DNA of 64,000 nucleotides from Lama glama. Lineage: Eukaryota. Below the pieces are notes generated by a model that searched no databases, had not been told where the DNA came from, and was given only the letters and a program-made list of their open reading frames with translations. A program made the translations under genes and the position numbers. Below are positions 12,790 through 26,601 of the stretch, in pieces. Each line of letters opens with the position of its first letter. Positions within the stretch are counted from its first letter, which is position 1. Location: positions 65,226,001-65,290,000 of the forward strand of contig CM052817.1 of NCBI GenBank assembly GCA_028534125.1. Reading direction: 5' to 3'.

Positions 12790-14760
12790 TCTTTTTAAAC
12801 TTGAAAATTTTTATTTTCAAATCTATACAGAGACACAGTTTAAAAATCAACTTTTTATGAGGCTTACAATTCAAAAACAGTGCTCCTCTCCCTTTTCCTT
12901 CTGATTATTGCTCTTCAGAAGCCACTTTCAACTTTTAGATTTTTTTTTCTGGTGTTTACTGCTATATTTCTAAATAACAGTCATTTAAGGCTATTTTGTT
13001 CAATTTATACACTATTGATCAATTCCCTGTTCCTAACCCTGCCCTCCTGCCCCTCAAACACAAAGTTATACTTTCTTCTTTCTAGTATAACTACAGCTTC
13101 ATCTTTGACTAAATCAATATTCAGTTTTCATTATTACAGCCATTTAAATATTTATCACAGCTGACCCCTGTAGTCTATTGTAGGGGAAGAAAAACTTTTC
13201 CTTGACCCTTTTAAAGTCCTTGGTTAAGTCTGAAAATTAAACTCACAAAGACAGACTAATAGGAGGAAAAGCATGCAAATGTATTTAATACATGTTACCT
13301 GACATGGGAGCCTTCAAAAGGAAATAAAGACCTGAAGAAATGGTTAAACCTGAGTGTTTTGACGCTGGGTCTGATGAAGAGTAGACAGTGGTGGGGAAGC
13401 ATGAGAGGACAGAGAGCAGGGTAAGTGTAGTAACTGGGGGAAACTGAGCCGACCTGTTCATTTGGATTCTGGGTCTCAGAGACAAGGATGCTCCTTTCCT
13501 GCAGGCATAGGGAGGGCGCCTCTCACACGGGGGTCTCATCACCTGCGTCAGCAGAGAAGGGCTGGGGAACGTCAGAGAGACCGTCCTGCTTCTTCTGTTT
13601 TCTCAGACTTTTTTTAGCTTAAAATATTCAATATGCCCAGGTGCCATATTTTGGGGTATCCTGTCCTGAACTCCATCAATATCATGATTATAATTCCTTT
13701 CTCCCACAACTTTGTTGTCTAGGTAGTTACAATTCCATCTTTTTTCCCTTTTTGGCTTAGTTCTCCATATGCCCATGACTAATTCATCCTGTGCGTCTTC
13801 ACAAAGTATTACCTTCCTCTGAATATAGTTGAACACTTTGGATAACCTCTCAGTTTCCCCATCCTCCTGGAGACACACTTTCCATTCTGCTGCTCCAACT
13901 TGTCCTCTCCACCTGCCTCTCAGTGGCCTTCCTGGGATTTCTCATCACATCATCCTGGAAATTCCCTCCGCCTTCCTCCTGGCCTGGAGCCTTCATTCTT
14001 AGCCCCTGAGACGTCCTCCTTCTGGGCTTACTCTCCTGTTCTGGGAGAGCACATCCTCTAGCAGCTGCCTATGTGGTTGCATGAGAGGTAGACTTCCAGA
14101 CCTCTGCATATCTGAAAATGAAAAGGTCCTAATTCTTCCATCACACTTGTTTTATATTTAGACTTGGTGTAGAATTCTAGGTTTCAAATAATTTATTCTT
14201 AAAATTTGAAGAGATTGTTCTAGTGTGCTTCAGGTAACAGCTTTGGGGCTGAGACATCTGGTGTACTCTGATTCATGCTTCTTGGTATGTGACCTTCTTT
14301 TCTTATTTACTTTCTTCCCTTTTTTGTCTCCTCTCCTCTTTTCTTTTCTCTTCTTTTCGTTACATCCCTCTCTGCCCTCAGAAACTTTTAGATTCTTCTT
14401 TTCTGTAGCCACTGTTCTGAAGTTTCTCAGTGGTATGTATTTATGTAATTTTTTTTTCTTTCCCATAGAGCTAGACACCTTCTTTCATCACAGTGTGACC
14501 TTTCAGTCTGGAAACTCCTGTCATTTCAGATTTGGGAAATTTTCTTGGATCACTTATTCATACTTTTCTCCTTTTCATATTCTCTTATTTCTTTATGGAA
14601 TGCCTATTATTTGGACATCAGATTTCCTGGAAAGACACTCTAATTCTCTTTTATCTTTTTGTTTTCCTATCTTCTCTCTCTCATTGATTTCCTGCTAACT
14701 TAGTGGGGTTTCAGGAGGGAGCATACATGATTATATATTTATTGCTTGATATTTAACCAT
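12790..14760 (-). mobile_element. Old L1M fragment interrupted by an ERV1 LTR
   Basis: T-rich antisense L1 motifs (TAGAATTCTAGG, TTTGGGAAATTTTCTTG). Confidence 0.55.
13179..13678 (-). mobile_element. ERV1 solo LTR (MER34/39-like)
   Basis: TG...CA termini; near TSD CTAT/ATAT; similar to 49425-49901. Confidence 0.8.
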
Positions 14761-17019
14761 GAATCTGACAATTAGGAAGGAGCTGAAGTTCTGCACAAAA
14801 CGACCTGCTCTTTGAGAACTAGTGGCCAAGCATTAGTGGCTGGTAATTAAACAGGCAACGGATATGGGATTACCCTTTTCATCATTCAAATATGAAATTG
14901 CCTTACGTGAAAGCACCTTTGAAGCTGCCTGACTAAATACCTATTAAATAGTCCAGAAATGCACCCACATGTTTAAGATAGGGAAATGATTTCAATTCCC
15001 AAGGGAGAGAACAATAAATAAATCCCTTGTATGAAATCTCTACCTTGTCCCTAACATTAAACTGGTCTCAAGTATCAGTGTCACTCTCTTGTAAAAGTAC
15101 CCAACAGACAAAATACAAACATGCTAGTTTTGGTAAGATGAGGCTGGAAAAATATAAAATACAGACATGTCCTTTTTACTACTGAACCGATTTTAAAAAT
15201 ATGACAGTCACTAGAATTACTTAATTGATAGACAGCAGAAGAAAATGCCAAATTTCATCCTAGTTTGGACTTATGTTTTTAGCCTTCTTTCTGTACAATT
15301 ATGATTCAAGGGGCACTCATGAATGAATGCTCCTGTAACTGGCTGTTGGATTTCTCTTTTAGCTAACAGGGGTTTCAACATTCCTGGTATGTTCCCCTAA
15401 GTTTTCACTCCCCTGACGTTAACCAGGACCAGGCTTCTCTGCCGCACAGACACACACGTGGGTTACGGACGCTGTTACCAGCTTCCTCTTCCAACAGGAA
15501 GACCACATTTGTCACTCAGGAAGTCTGTGCAGAACACCTCCCATTACTCCCGGGCTGAACACTCTCAGGAAGGGTGAATACGTAGGATCACGTAGGAGAT
15601 AGGGCAGCAGCCAGGAGAGAAGGAGGCACACACTTCATTGGAGAGGCTGCACGTTCCCAGGATCTTGTCTTTTAACTCCAGAGTATCTTTTCCCTCCCAT
15701 TTACCTGCTGATTGGTTCCTTACTAGAGTCGAGGATGTGAAAGGTAGTAGGATGTGAGTAAGGGGTTAACAGCAGGTGAGGGCTGATCCAGGCCCGCTGA
15801 GGAGTGTCTTCTCACAGCGCCATTTCCTCAGCCACAGCAGAGTTAAGACAAAATGTGGACTGTTGTGTCTGTCTTGCCTTATTTACCCTTGGTCTGTGCA
15901 GCTGCACCTGGGCAGGGGGTTCTGTGCTTTGGGCGGTAGACTTTAGGCTGATGTGACTGGAACAGTTTTAAAGGTGGGAAACAGAGGGCGATGTGGCCTG
16001 GTGACCACAAACACCTGCTCTGTGGCGGCCTGACACACTGTGGGTGTGGCTCTGGGCCTCCGAGGAAAAGCGGGAACTGTATTCGCTGAATTTCCTGCCC
16101 CGTTTCCTTCCATAAAACTGAGCAACGTGCTGTTAGATTTCAGCCTTTTAGTGGCTCACGAGCCTGACTGTCAAGTTGGACTAGTTGGACCAGCAGCCAC
16201 GGCGGCACTGCAAAGGCAAAGGCAAAACTCTTATCTCGGGTTGTTATGTATTTTTTTGTAATTTAAGCTATTTTCATTTCATACATTACCAATGTATTTT
16301 ACATTTTTGTGTATTTTACATTTATCAGTAAATACTTGATTGTCATAAACTGGATTCCCTTAATGGAAGCTGAGGACAAACTAGAGATAACCAGTACATT
16401 TTGTAGATTAAGAATTTGCCCTCTGTCTCCTTTTCCAGCCTCATCTTACCAAAACTAACCCTTGGTCTTTGATACAAAAAAATGAAGAAATGAACCTCCT
16501 TATTTTACAGTTTCCCTCTAGTACTTACCACAGTTATAATTTTACTTCCATATGAACCCAGATAAAAGAGGAACGTGTGAAAAAATTCAAGTGTCAATCA
16601 ATAAAGGGGAAATATAAGAAAGTAGCATTTATGTGCCTACAAGAAGAAAATGGAGACTTCTTAAAATGGAAAAAAATTGAAATGATCATAGATTTATTGA
16701 GGGAAAAACATAGACTCACTGCTTTGAATTGAGGGCATAAAACTACAGATGACAGTGACAAAGCCACAGTTTGACTTTTATTTATCAATCTTGCCATTTG
16801 GGTATGCAGATTGTGGGAAATAGCATAGGTGTTCTCTATAGGTTAACCTGCATACTTTTTTGACCCAAATGAATTTTACACCTAGAAACAGAAAAAGCTT
16901 GCAGATGAGATTAATAAACCAATTCTCTCTCTCTTTCTTTTCTATCTATTATCTATGTATCTATGTATCTATGTATCTATCTACATATGTATGTACATGT
17001 ATCTTTAAAGAATTCTGAT

Positions 17020-18182
17020 TTATTTTATGTTTAAAAAAATTGGGGGGGGATTAGTTTCAAATCTACAGAAATGTTGTCAGAATAGTACAAAAGCTCATTG
17101 TCTGGGTGAGTGGTCAGATAACTCTTCACTGTATTCGTTCTCTCTCCTCTCTCTTTCTCCTCCATTGAATTGATGCCCCACCACTCCCTAAATACTCCAG
17201 TTATATGTCCCCCGAACTGGAATACTCTGCTACTGTAACAACAGACAGTTCAGCCAATGAGAAAATCAACATTGACTGAACATGGCCAGGAAGTCTGCAA
17301 ACTTCATGTATATTCTGCCAACTGCCCCCTTCCCTGATGTTTCTTTTCCCTTTTTGGTCTAGTATTTTGTCTAGGAACTTGCATTACATTTAGTGGTCAT
17401 GTCTCTTTGGATTCCTTCANNNNNNNNNNNNNNNNNNNNNNNNNNNNNNNNNNNNNNNNNNNNNNNNNNNNNNNNNNNNNNNNNNNNNNNNNNNNNNNNN
17501 NNNNNNNNNNNNNNNNNNNNNNNNNNNNNNNNNNNNNNNNNNNNNNNNNNNNNNNNNNNNNNNNNNNNNNNNNNNNNNNNNNNNNNNNNNNNNNNNNNNN
17601 NNNNNNNNNNNNNNNNNNNNNNNNNNNNNNNNNNNNNNNNNNNNNNNNNNNNNNNNNNNNNNNNNNNNNNNNNNNNNNNNNNNNNNNNNNNNNNNNNNNN
17701 NNNNNNNNNNNNNNNNNNNNNNNNNNNNNNNNNNNNNNNNNNNNNNNNNNNNNNNNNNNNNNNNNNNNNNNNNNNNNNNNNNNNNNNNNNNNNNNNNNNN
17801 NNNNNNNNNNNNNNNNNNNNNNNNNNNNNNNNNNNNNNNNNNNNNNNNNNNNNNNNNNNNNNNNNNNNNNNNNNNNNNNNNNNNNNNNNNNNNNNNNNNN
17901 NNNNNNNNNNNNNNNNNNNTTCAAGCTGTCTTCTGTATCCTTTTGACATGTGCCCATCATTTGCTAAACATTACTTTCAGGGATAATGATACACTCCATA
18001 TTTTATTAATCCCATATTCCAGCCCTGGAATTAGCCGTTTCTTAAAGGAAACTTGGTTTCTTCAGTGGAGGATAGTATTTAGAAATAAATATCTGAGTGC
18101 TCAATGTGGATGCTCAATGTGATCATTACTACTGAGATGTCACTGCATCCAGGCCTTTTCAGTGAAGAGAGCTAGAAATTTA

Positions 18183-18220
<38 letters not shown>

Positions 18221-18490
18221 CATATACATTACAACTATATATATACACAACTATACAACTTTACAACTACATATATATATAGGCATATACATGTGTGTAC
18301 ACATACACATACAATTATAACTGTGTGTGTGTGTATGTGTTTTAAACTTGATTTCAAGTTGAAATTTTAAGTTCAATCCTATGCCTTGGAATTCTTTCCA
18401 GCAGGCTGTTTATATGTTGTAAATTCCTCTTTGACAGTAAGAAATGTGGTTTTTGTTATCTTCAATATATTTCCTTATATGCTCAATGCT
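17020..18490 (-). mobile_element. L1MC/MD-like fragment spanning the gap, with a TA/CA microsatellite at 18182-18335
   Basis: Antisense L1M 3'UTR motifs on both sides of the gap. Confidence 0.55.
17420..17919. other. Assembly gap (500 N)
   Basis: Run of N. Confidence 1.
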
Positions 18491-19239
18491 TACAATGTTT
18501 CCTCATTTTAACCAATGTTCTCATTACAATCAATTTTCCAACCATTCAGTAGCCTCCTCTGTGCCCACCCCTTACCACTGGTCTTGCTTGGACTCTGGAC
18601 TCACTGACATCTCCAAGGTGGGAAAGGATGGGAGGGCAGGGAAGAAAAGATGGGATAAGTAAGGGGAGATGAGAAGGAGAAGGGAATATCCCGATAAGAT
18701 ATTTGATAATTCACAGAACTCCTATAGCTGGAGTTTTAATAGCCCAACTTTTTAATGTGACATGATCTGTCCTTACTGGATCTTAAAGCAGCAAACTCAT
18801 TGGCAACTAACACCATTGATAAAGGTAAAAAAATCAAAGCCACTTGACCACAGCAACTTTAAGTGAATTTCTGATTTATTGATCATGATATTTAGTGATC
18901 AGAGTAATCAGAAAGAGTGGTATTACAACATGGGTTGTAAATGCTTAAGACAAGGAATTAGTGACCATATGCGCCAGCAGTGCACCCAAATAAAATTGCA
19001 GCCGACAAACCTTGCTTTTTTTTCTAAATGGAATAGCTATGAGATAGATTTTAATAAATATGATGTAGATATATTGCTTTTGATTTTTAACAAATGTCCA
19101 AGCGTCATGTTTGGGAGACAACATAAAGAAATGTAAGCTGAGTGTTAGAACAGGTAAGTGCACTGTGGGTGCTGATTTAACTATACAGAGCTTTTAGTAA
19201 GTTCAGGGAATAATCAAAGCACAGAATATGAAGATATGA

Positions 19240-20735
19240 GATGCCTCTTTCCCCCACACTCTGCCCCATCTCAGGAAATAGAACTGCTATTCACCCTGTT
19301 GCTCAGGTCATGAGCCTTGAGAGTATCCTTGATTTTTCCATTCATCTTACTCTTTGTATCAATTCATCAGTGAGTTCTGAGGGCCCTGTGAAGATCTATG
19401 GAGTCTGAGATTTTACCTGTGTGTAAGATAACAAGTCAACCTTCCGCAGTTTCATGGATGCTGGCAAAAGCCATGAGGCTGTTGGGTCAGAGATAAAGGG
19501 CTGTTTATTACAGCAATAGCAGTATCCACAGTATCAGTATTTGCACCCATTCCCACGGGGTGATGGCAGTAAAGTCAGGTTACACTGCACATGCTGCAGG
19601 TCAGATTACAGCACAGGAACCCTGATTTGGGGGAATCCAAATCTTTTATAACAAACAGTAAGCCTGCCTAGACTTTGCTGTGGAGGGTGTCTTTATTTCC
19701 CAGGGCAGCCGTAATAAAGGTTTGCCACAAACTGAGTGGCTGAAAACAACAGAAATGTATTCTCTTACAGTTCAGGAGGCCAGAAGTCTGAGATCAAGTC
19801 ATCAGTAGGTTTGGTTATATCCAGGGGCTCTAAGGGAGAATCCACTCCATGCTTCTCTCCTAGCTTCTGGTGGCTCTGGAAATCGCTGGTGTGAATGAGG
19901 CTCTCCGTATATTGTTCCTTGAGCACAATTCCCTGAATACAGTTTCTATCTGTGACCTATGAGACGATAGAGACAAGGCATCTGACTCCACACATCCAAT
20001 ATGGGTGGGATGGGCATGGAAAACTCCCATAAACATTTCAGTTCAAAAGGGGGGAAACGTGGGAGCCACAAAGGAGTTCTCAGTCCAAAGCAGTTCTGAG
20101 GTCTAGCCAGGCAAAGACTGGAAGTTCCTTGGTTGAGGTCTGGGGATGATTTTCCATGGCTTTTGGGTCCATCCTCTGCGCTCTTGGTTCCACTCTCTGA
20201 TTCGTCCTTCCTTTCTTCATGACAGGTAGCATGTGTTTGCAAGTGAGTAGTTTTCTTAGCCTGCGTCTTGCAAGTAGAAAACTGGGGGTCCAGTGACCTC
20301 TTTTCATTTTGTATCATCTCTGTCCCTTTGGGTTAAAGCTGGCAGTATTTTTTGCTGATATGCTTCTCTCAAATCTTTCTGGACATCCTGTGATGCTCAT
20401 TGGGGTTCACACCATTAGACAGAACTGCAACCACATATCCCTTTTCTATTTTTCTTGGCTCACCATTTTCGTCCATCCTTTTAAAATCTGTACACCTTGC
20501 CTTACATCATTCCTTAGTCTCCTTCTGTTCTTTCCCTGTGCACTTATTACCATCCAATACATCACATTTTACTTACTTTTAATTTATTGTCTGTTCCTTC
20601 ATTTTCCACCCCAAATATAATATAAGCTACAATAGGCCAGTGAATTTTGCTTCTTTTGCTCACTCTTTTATTCACAAGGATGAGAACAGTGTCAGACACA
20701 TTTAAAATAAATATTGAATAAATTAAATAATTTCA
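19240..20735 (+). mobile_element. L2 split by a nested ERVL LTR (MER54/74-like, about 19388-19687) and an MLT1 LTR plus internal sequence (about 19688-20435), both on the - strand
   Basis: L2 motifs on both sides; GTCTGAGATTTTACC and AACAACAGAAATGTATTCTCTTACAGTT signatures. Confidence 0.65.
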
Positions 20736-20892
20736 AAAAGGATTTGAGAAGTTTCAAAACAGACACTCATCTGCTGTGAAACCTTGTAACATATAGAAAT
20801 ACGTGCAGGATCATCTGTTCATGAAGCAGAATCAATAGAGATGATTTTGGATGCCCTAATAAGAGGATAAAAAATTTAAAATACCCCCTAAG

Positions 20893-20893
<1 letters not shown>

Positions 20894-20924
<31 letters not shown>

Positions 20925-20943
20925 ACACACACACACACACACA
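20894..20943. repeat. (CA)n microsatellite
   Basis: About 25 CA units with one interruption. Confidence 0.95.
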
Positions 20944-21245
20944 AAGGTTGACAGGAAGACTTTGCCATACGTTCTTGTGAATGACCAACAACTCCCTAAT
21001 GACAGAAGAGACATGTTGTCAAAGTTGAAATTATATTATGGAAATTATTTAGAATAATATATAATATACATTATAATATATAACATGTAAGTATGAAGTT
21101 ATAACTTATATTAATTAATATGGATATTGGATTATGCTATTTTCTTCTCTCTTGTATCTTCAATATGACAATAAAAATATTTAATGATCTTTGTTTCATA
21201 GTTTTAATGATTCTAAATTAAAGTCTGCAAAACCCTTTCTGTTCA

Positions 21246-22632
21246 TCAAGTTTTCAATCCCTGACAGATTTGTTTGGCTAAAAGATCGAAGTTAAAAAGT
21301 CTATTTTCAAGTTCCATTCTTGGTCTTGGAATCAGTAATAGACCTTTACCTTTCACGGCAGCACTGGAGAGTTGGGGTTTCAGGTTTGAAGCTACCCTCT
21401 TATCTTCTCCTAGAAGCAGAATCACATCTGAAAGGGAAGATGTCAACCCCACTGTACTTTTTTTTTTTCAATGTATGAGCTCCTTCCTACTCAGCTGAGT
21501 GTGGCCAGGAGATGGCCTGGGGCCCCTGCGCCGTCCATGTTGCTGGAGCACTTTGTGGTCTTGCTGCATTTCGAGGCTGCCCCACAGGATGTAGTTCCCT
21601 GTCAGCCATGGACACCTGCTGAACTGACATCTCAGAAAGTGTTTGCCTCGTTTCTGGAAACAGCAATGGCCATGCTGATTCAGTTGTTGGACAATATAAA
21701 CTTGTTTGGGCATCAATCCATTCCTGGCGTATAAGCTACTGATGGGAAAGGACTTCACTTAGGAGGGCTTCTTGAGGAAAGCTGAGTGGCATGTTCGAGC
21801 TGCTAGAGAATATTGATGTCAAAGCTCCTGCTAATGCACCGGTTCTTTCAGAAACTATCCCCGTACTGCCAGCCTAGGCTACCGACGTGGGTTGAGTTTT
21901 GTCCCTCCTAAACTCATATGTTAGAATCCTAACCCTAAGTACCTCAGAATGCAACTGTATTTGGAGACAGGATCTTTACAGAGGTAATTAAGCTAAAATA
22001 AGATAATTAAGGTGGGCCTTAATTCAACACGATTTGTGTCCTTATTAGAAGAGGAAATTTGGAGACAGATTTGGAGAACAAATGATGAGAAGTGACAGGG
22101 AGAAGATAGTCATCTATAAGTCCAAGGGAAAGGCCTAGAAGAAACCAGCCCTGCTAACACCTCGATCTGGAATATCCAGCTACAGATACGGAGGAAATCA
22201 AATTCTGTTGTGTAAGCCACCTGGTTTGTCATATTTTGCTATAGCAGCCCTAAGCAAACTGTGAGTTCCCAACTTCCTTCATCTTCCGAAGGCCCGCTGG
22301 CTCACCCAGACCTCTTTAGGGAGGAAGCTGAAAGTACCATCTGACGGTCTTTCATTTCTGTAGAATCAGCTGAGGGTATTGTGAAAATGGACCAGGGCTA
22401 TGGGTTCTCCAGACCGTGGCAGAACAGGGCAGGACCTCCCTCCCATTTTAGAACTGCCCCCATATTTCTGCCCAAATAGCAAACATATTCTATTTTCTAC
22501 TTCCTCTTTTGTTTCTGTCTCCATTTTTCCCCTTTTATAAACAGCCAAGATCTTATTGGTCAGCATGCAATCCTAGTTAATTACCCAATCCAGTTATATT
22601 GCACCACTCAGAAAAAGTACATGTCAGAATGA
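21246..22632 (-). pseudogene. Putative large terminal pseudo-exon interrupted by an MLT1 LTR
   Basis: ttaactaattttcAG| at 22633; about 200 codons from 21870 to 21246 with two TAG and one slip in an A11 run; the 5' part is poorly resolved. Confidence 0.35.
21880..22262 (+). mobile_element. MLT1B-like solo LTR
   Basis: TACCTCAGAATG...GTATTTGGAGACAGG...TAAGCCACC...TATAGCAGCCC. Confidence 0.85.
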
Positions 22633-22847
22633 CTGAAAATTAGTTAAAAGACTAGTGACAGTACATTTCCCCCTATACAACAGAGACCTATAAAGGACAC
22701 CCTTCATCTTTCAATCACATGCATCTCATCCTGAAATGCCTTTCTCATAGAATATACTCATTCCTCCTACATCTGAACCATATCTGAAGTATATCCTTAC
22801 ACTATTTTTCTTCTTCTCTCTCTCTCTCTTTTTTTTTTTTTTTGCAG

Positions 22848-22989
22848 CTCCTGGTCATAGTGGGAAGTGTCATTTCTCTGCTTTACATCCAGCTGTTTTC
22901 CCAGAGCTTCCATTTCCATGTGGCACATCTTTATGCTCACTTTGGGTACCCCAGTGCCCAGCATATTGTTGGCCAGAGATACTTGAAAG
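22848..22989 (+). CDS. Coding exon 2: TM helix plus start of Sel1-like repeat (LLVIVGSVISLLYIQLFSQSFHFHVAHLYAHFGYPSAQHIVGQRYLK)
   Basis: Long pyrimidine tract ending TGCAG|; donor AAG|GTAACT; 142 nt, phase 0 to 1; GxxxAQxxxGxxYxxG Sel1 pattern. Confidence 0.88.
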
Positions 22990-23147
22990 GTAACTTCTTT
23001 GTTCCTCTGGTGCTCATTCTACTAGTTGAAAGGGATGGGGAGGGGTTTACTGGTTAGATTTCTGTATCTATAGGTTCATAGAAGATTTTAGTATCAAGCA
23101 GTTAACTGAGTCCCTTTTTTTCTATGATACTTTTTGGTTTTTCCCAG

Positions 23148-23193
23148 GAGCTGGTGTGGTGAAGGATGAAGAGATGGCAATGCATTGGTTTAG
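23148..23193 (+). CDS. Coding exon 3 (GAGVVKDEEMAMHWFR)
   Basis: tttttcccAG| acceptor, TAG|GTAAGA donor; 46 nt, phase 1 to 2; matches the Sel1 consensus GxGVxxDxxxAxxWF. Confidence 0.9.
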
Positions 23194-23710
23194 GTAAGAA
23201 AGATGACATTTGCCAAAAGCAAAACTCTAGAGCTATCATTTGAGAAAGTGCTGAAATACAGAACCTTATGATTTTGGTGCTTTTTCCCTAGAATAAAAAT
23301 AAGGTAAAGTTTCTTAATATTAAAGTCTTGGTAACTTCTTTACTTTTTCCACCTGATGGTGAGGTAAGAGTAGTGATGGAGGTGATGTGGCTGATGCATG
23401 TAAAAGAAGCCTAGGAGTTTGGGGTTTTCGAGCATGAGCCACCCATTCTTCTTGCTTGGCCCTGCAATAAACCTGTTTCTGCTCCAAAAAGTAAAAATTA
23501 AAAATAAAAGAAGTCTACACAGTGTAAGCAAACAATAGATTAGCTTTAAAGGAACTAATTTGGAGAATATGTACCATCTAGGTCAAGATTCAGAACATCA
23601 ATGATTTAACAGGGCTCTGTATTAGCATTACCTTGTTTATTAAAGTTTTGAGCTCCTGTGATCATAAGAGACATATTCACATGAAATTTAAAAGTAGAAA
23701 TACATCTTAC

Positions 23711-25170
23711 CTTTCATTTATTCCTTCTTTTTCTCTAAATTTTATTCAACTGATTTGTATTCAGTGTGCAAAATTTTCCCCAGGCAGCTTCCGTGGCTCT
23801 GATTGTGTAGCATCGGCTTGTTGAGTCCTCACAGAAAAATAGTTCATATTATATCTTCAGTTTCAGAAAGTAGGGATAACTTTGGAAACATACACTTGAA
23901 CACTCTATCTGACACTCCAAAGGTTAGAGAATGGAAATAAATAAGCTCTGAGATGTTAGAAACTCCATTCTACATGGAGACTTTGGCAGAAAGCAAGGAC
24001 AAGTTAGGTCGAAAGCCAAAGTCACTTAATATAGAGAGCTGGCTTTGGGTTCATGCAGTCTCAATTTAATCAAAAGTGGAAACCCCCAAGGTGGCATTTT
24101 GCTGCAATGCTCTCTAAAGCTATATTGTCCAATATGCCAGCCACCAGTCACATAGACCACTGAGCACTGGAAATGTGACTAGTCCGAATGCAGATGTGCT
24201 GTGCATGTAAAGTACACACTGAATTTCCAAGATTTCCTAAGAAGGAAGGAATATAAAATATCTCATTAAGAATTCTTTATATTGATTTCATGTTGAATGG
24301 TGGATATAATTATGTGTTGGATATATAGAGTTAAATAAGATATATTACTTAAATTAATTTTAGTTACTTCTTTAAAAACTTCTAGTGTGGCTATCAGGAA
24401 ATTTAAAATTACACACAGCTTACGTTATATTTCTGTTAGGTAATGCTGATACAGAGTCCCACGCTTCTGGGAAGTGTCTGGTTATCTGCAAGAAAAGTGA
24501 GCACAGCTATGGTTTTGGCATTGCCCGTGTACTGACGAGACCATCCTTCTCAGATGTTCCCGTTTTTCTCGCTAGAACAGTGGGTGACACACTTGGCTAC
24601 ACAGCAGAATCCCCTGGGGAGCTCTTGAAACATACTAACGCCCAGCTCCAGATCAACTGAATTGTGCAGAAAAGGCTCCTCAGGTGACGGTGCTGTGCAG
24701 CCAGGTCCGACCACTACTCTAGAAGTCTACACTGGTTTATAAAGTGAACGCAAACCAGCAGAGGAAACCGTTTTAGTAACACACTTCAATATGAAGTTTG
24801 AAATGGATATTCTGATCAAGATCACCTGCCAACGGAAGAAGTACCTTTGAGAATCACGAATGGAATGACACGGCTCCAGAGTGGCTACGTGAGGTTTGTG
24901 CTTACATGTACCTAGCTGAAGCCCTTGCTGCTGAGTGGAGGCCACACACCTGTGGCACTGGCCTCCCCAGGTGGGCACTGGTTAGAAATGCAGCACCTGA
25001 GGCCCTGCCCTGGCCCTTCTGAAGCAGAATCCCCATTTTAACAAGATTCTGCATTAAAGTTTTGGAAGTGTTGCCCAAAACAGTAATTTGTAAGCCGGGC
25101 CTTCCTTACATGGGACCTTACAATTAAAGACCAGTTTGAAAATCTTTCCATCTTTCAGTGATGGATTCCA
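23711..25170 (-). pseudogene. Two pseudo-exons inside intron 3 of the live gene: 25110-25170 (LESITERWKDFQTGL/..) and 23711-23827 (LNKPMLHNQSHGSCLGKILHTEYKSVE*NLEKKKE*MK)
   Basis: cctatttctgacAG| with GTAAGG; AAG|GTAAGA donor; the second is a 117-nt symmetric phase-1 exon. Confidence 0.45.
24117..24449. mobile_element. MER33-like hAT-Charlie element
   Basis: TGTCCAATA...GAAATGTGACTAGTCCGAA...GTAAAGTACACAC. Confidence 0.75.
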
Positions 25171-25229
25171 CTGTCAGAAATAGGGTGGGAAAAGCATCAC
25201 AAAGGCAAGATCCCCCAGTGTATTTTAAA

Positions 25230-25900
25230 AATAGATTTTATAGTTTATGACTTATAAAATAACTTATGCCTAATGAGGAAAATATTGAAAACACCAAAAA
25301 TCACCTGGATCATAGCACAGTAAAAAATACTTTTGACATTTCAGTGAGGATTCTTCTAGACTTTTTTCAATTAATATATGTATAACATACCTTAGTTTCC
25401 TTGAATATTTCACTGTTTTATGCTTAGTCCTTTTTCTGGTTTCTTACTATCACTGACTGCTGCTGGGAAGACCCTTTCATATACATCTTTTTGCACATCT
25501 GATTATTTCTTTACTAAACAAAAAAATCACTAAAAATGGAATTATCAGGTCAGACAAGCATCATTTCTAAAGCTTTTGATATGTGTTACCAAACTATCCT
25601 GAAAATTGTCCAAGTTCACTCTAGTGTAGATGTTCATCAGCTTATGAATATTATTTTTAATTATTTGTTGTATTTGCCAACTTAAATAACAACATAATAT
25701 GCCTCATTCCATTTTTTTCTTGATCAATTGTGAAGCTTTCTTTTCTAAATATCTATTGTAATTTAAATTTTTTCTTTTTCCTGCAAAAAGCCTATTCATG
25801 CAGTCTACCTGCTTTTCTACTGGATATGGTTATGTTCCTACTCACTTTTCAGAATATTTGTGTGTTAAAAATAGTAAACTTTGTACAGTTTTTTGTATTT
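25230..25900 (-). mobile_element. Old L1ME-like fragment
   Basis: Degenerate antisense ORF2-end motifs. Confidence 0.5.
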
Positions 25901-25977
25901 TGGGCAACTTTTTTTTCCCCAATCACAATTAATATGAAAAGAACTGCAAAGTAACAAGGCAATAATTATATAGTTTT

Positions 25978-26165
25978 TACTGTCTGACATGATGGCCATT
26001 AGCCACATGTGGTCATTTAAATTTAAAATGAAAAATTCAGTTCATCAGTTGCACTATCTACATTTCAAGTGTTCAGTAGCCCCATGTGGCTAGTGGCTAC
26101 TGTATTGGACAGCACAGACAGAACATTTTCATCTTTGGGGAAAGTTCTGTTGTAAAGTTCTGGCA
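25978..26165. mobile_element. MER3-like hAT-Charlie element
   Basis: TAGCCACATGTGG and ATGTGGCTAGTGGCTACTGTATTGGACAGC. Confidence 0.8.
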
Positions 26166-26601
26166 TATTACATTTATAGTTCAGCAACTGGAAATAGTGC
26201 TTAAGAATCAAGCTACATGTTACTGAATTCTTAACATTCCCGGATGGTCCTCTGATTTCCTGTATATTTTGGAGAGAAAAATTATTCTAATATTTGGAAA
26301 AGCTGATGAACAGGTTTGGGACAAATAAGTGATTTAAATATTCTAACATCAGTTTTTTAAAAAGTATTGTATTTGTTTCAAGTAAGATACATAGTTTTTA
26401 ACGAGAGAGGCCTATTAACATTTGTCCAGATATATGGTGTGATGGAAGTAATGGTTTCCAGTAATGGTTACATATCTGTATTGGCACTGCCCTTGGTTTT
26501 ATTAAGGGGGTGCGTCTTCGTAAGATTGTTTCCTTGTTTTTCACTGCATACTCCTCCCCAACCCCATCACCACTCCCCTTTCCTTTTCCTTTCTTTTTCA
26601 G

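Noticed and set aside
14225..14698. 157-aa Phe/Leu-rich ORF
   Set aside because: Low-complexity antisense L1 sequence.
17371..17986. Long ORFs spanning the first N run (and 43584-44155 at the second)
   Set aside because: Artefacts of translating assembly gaps.
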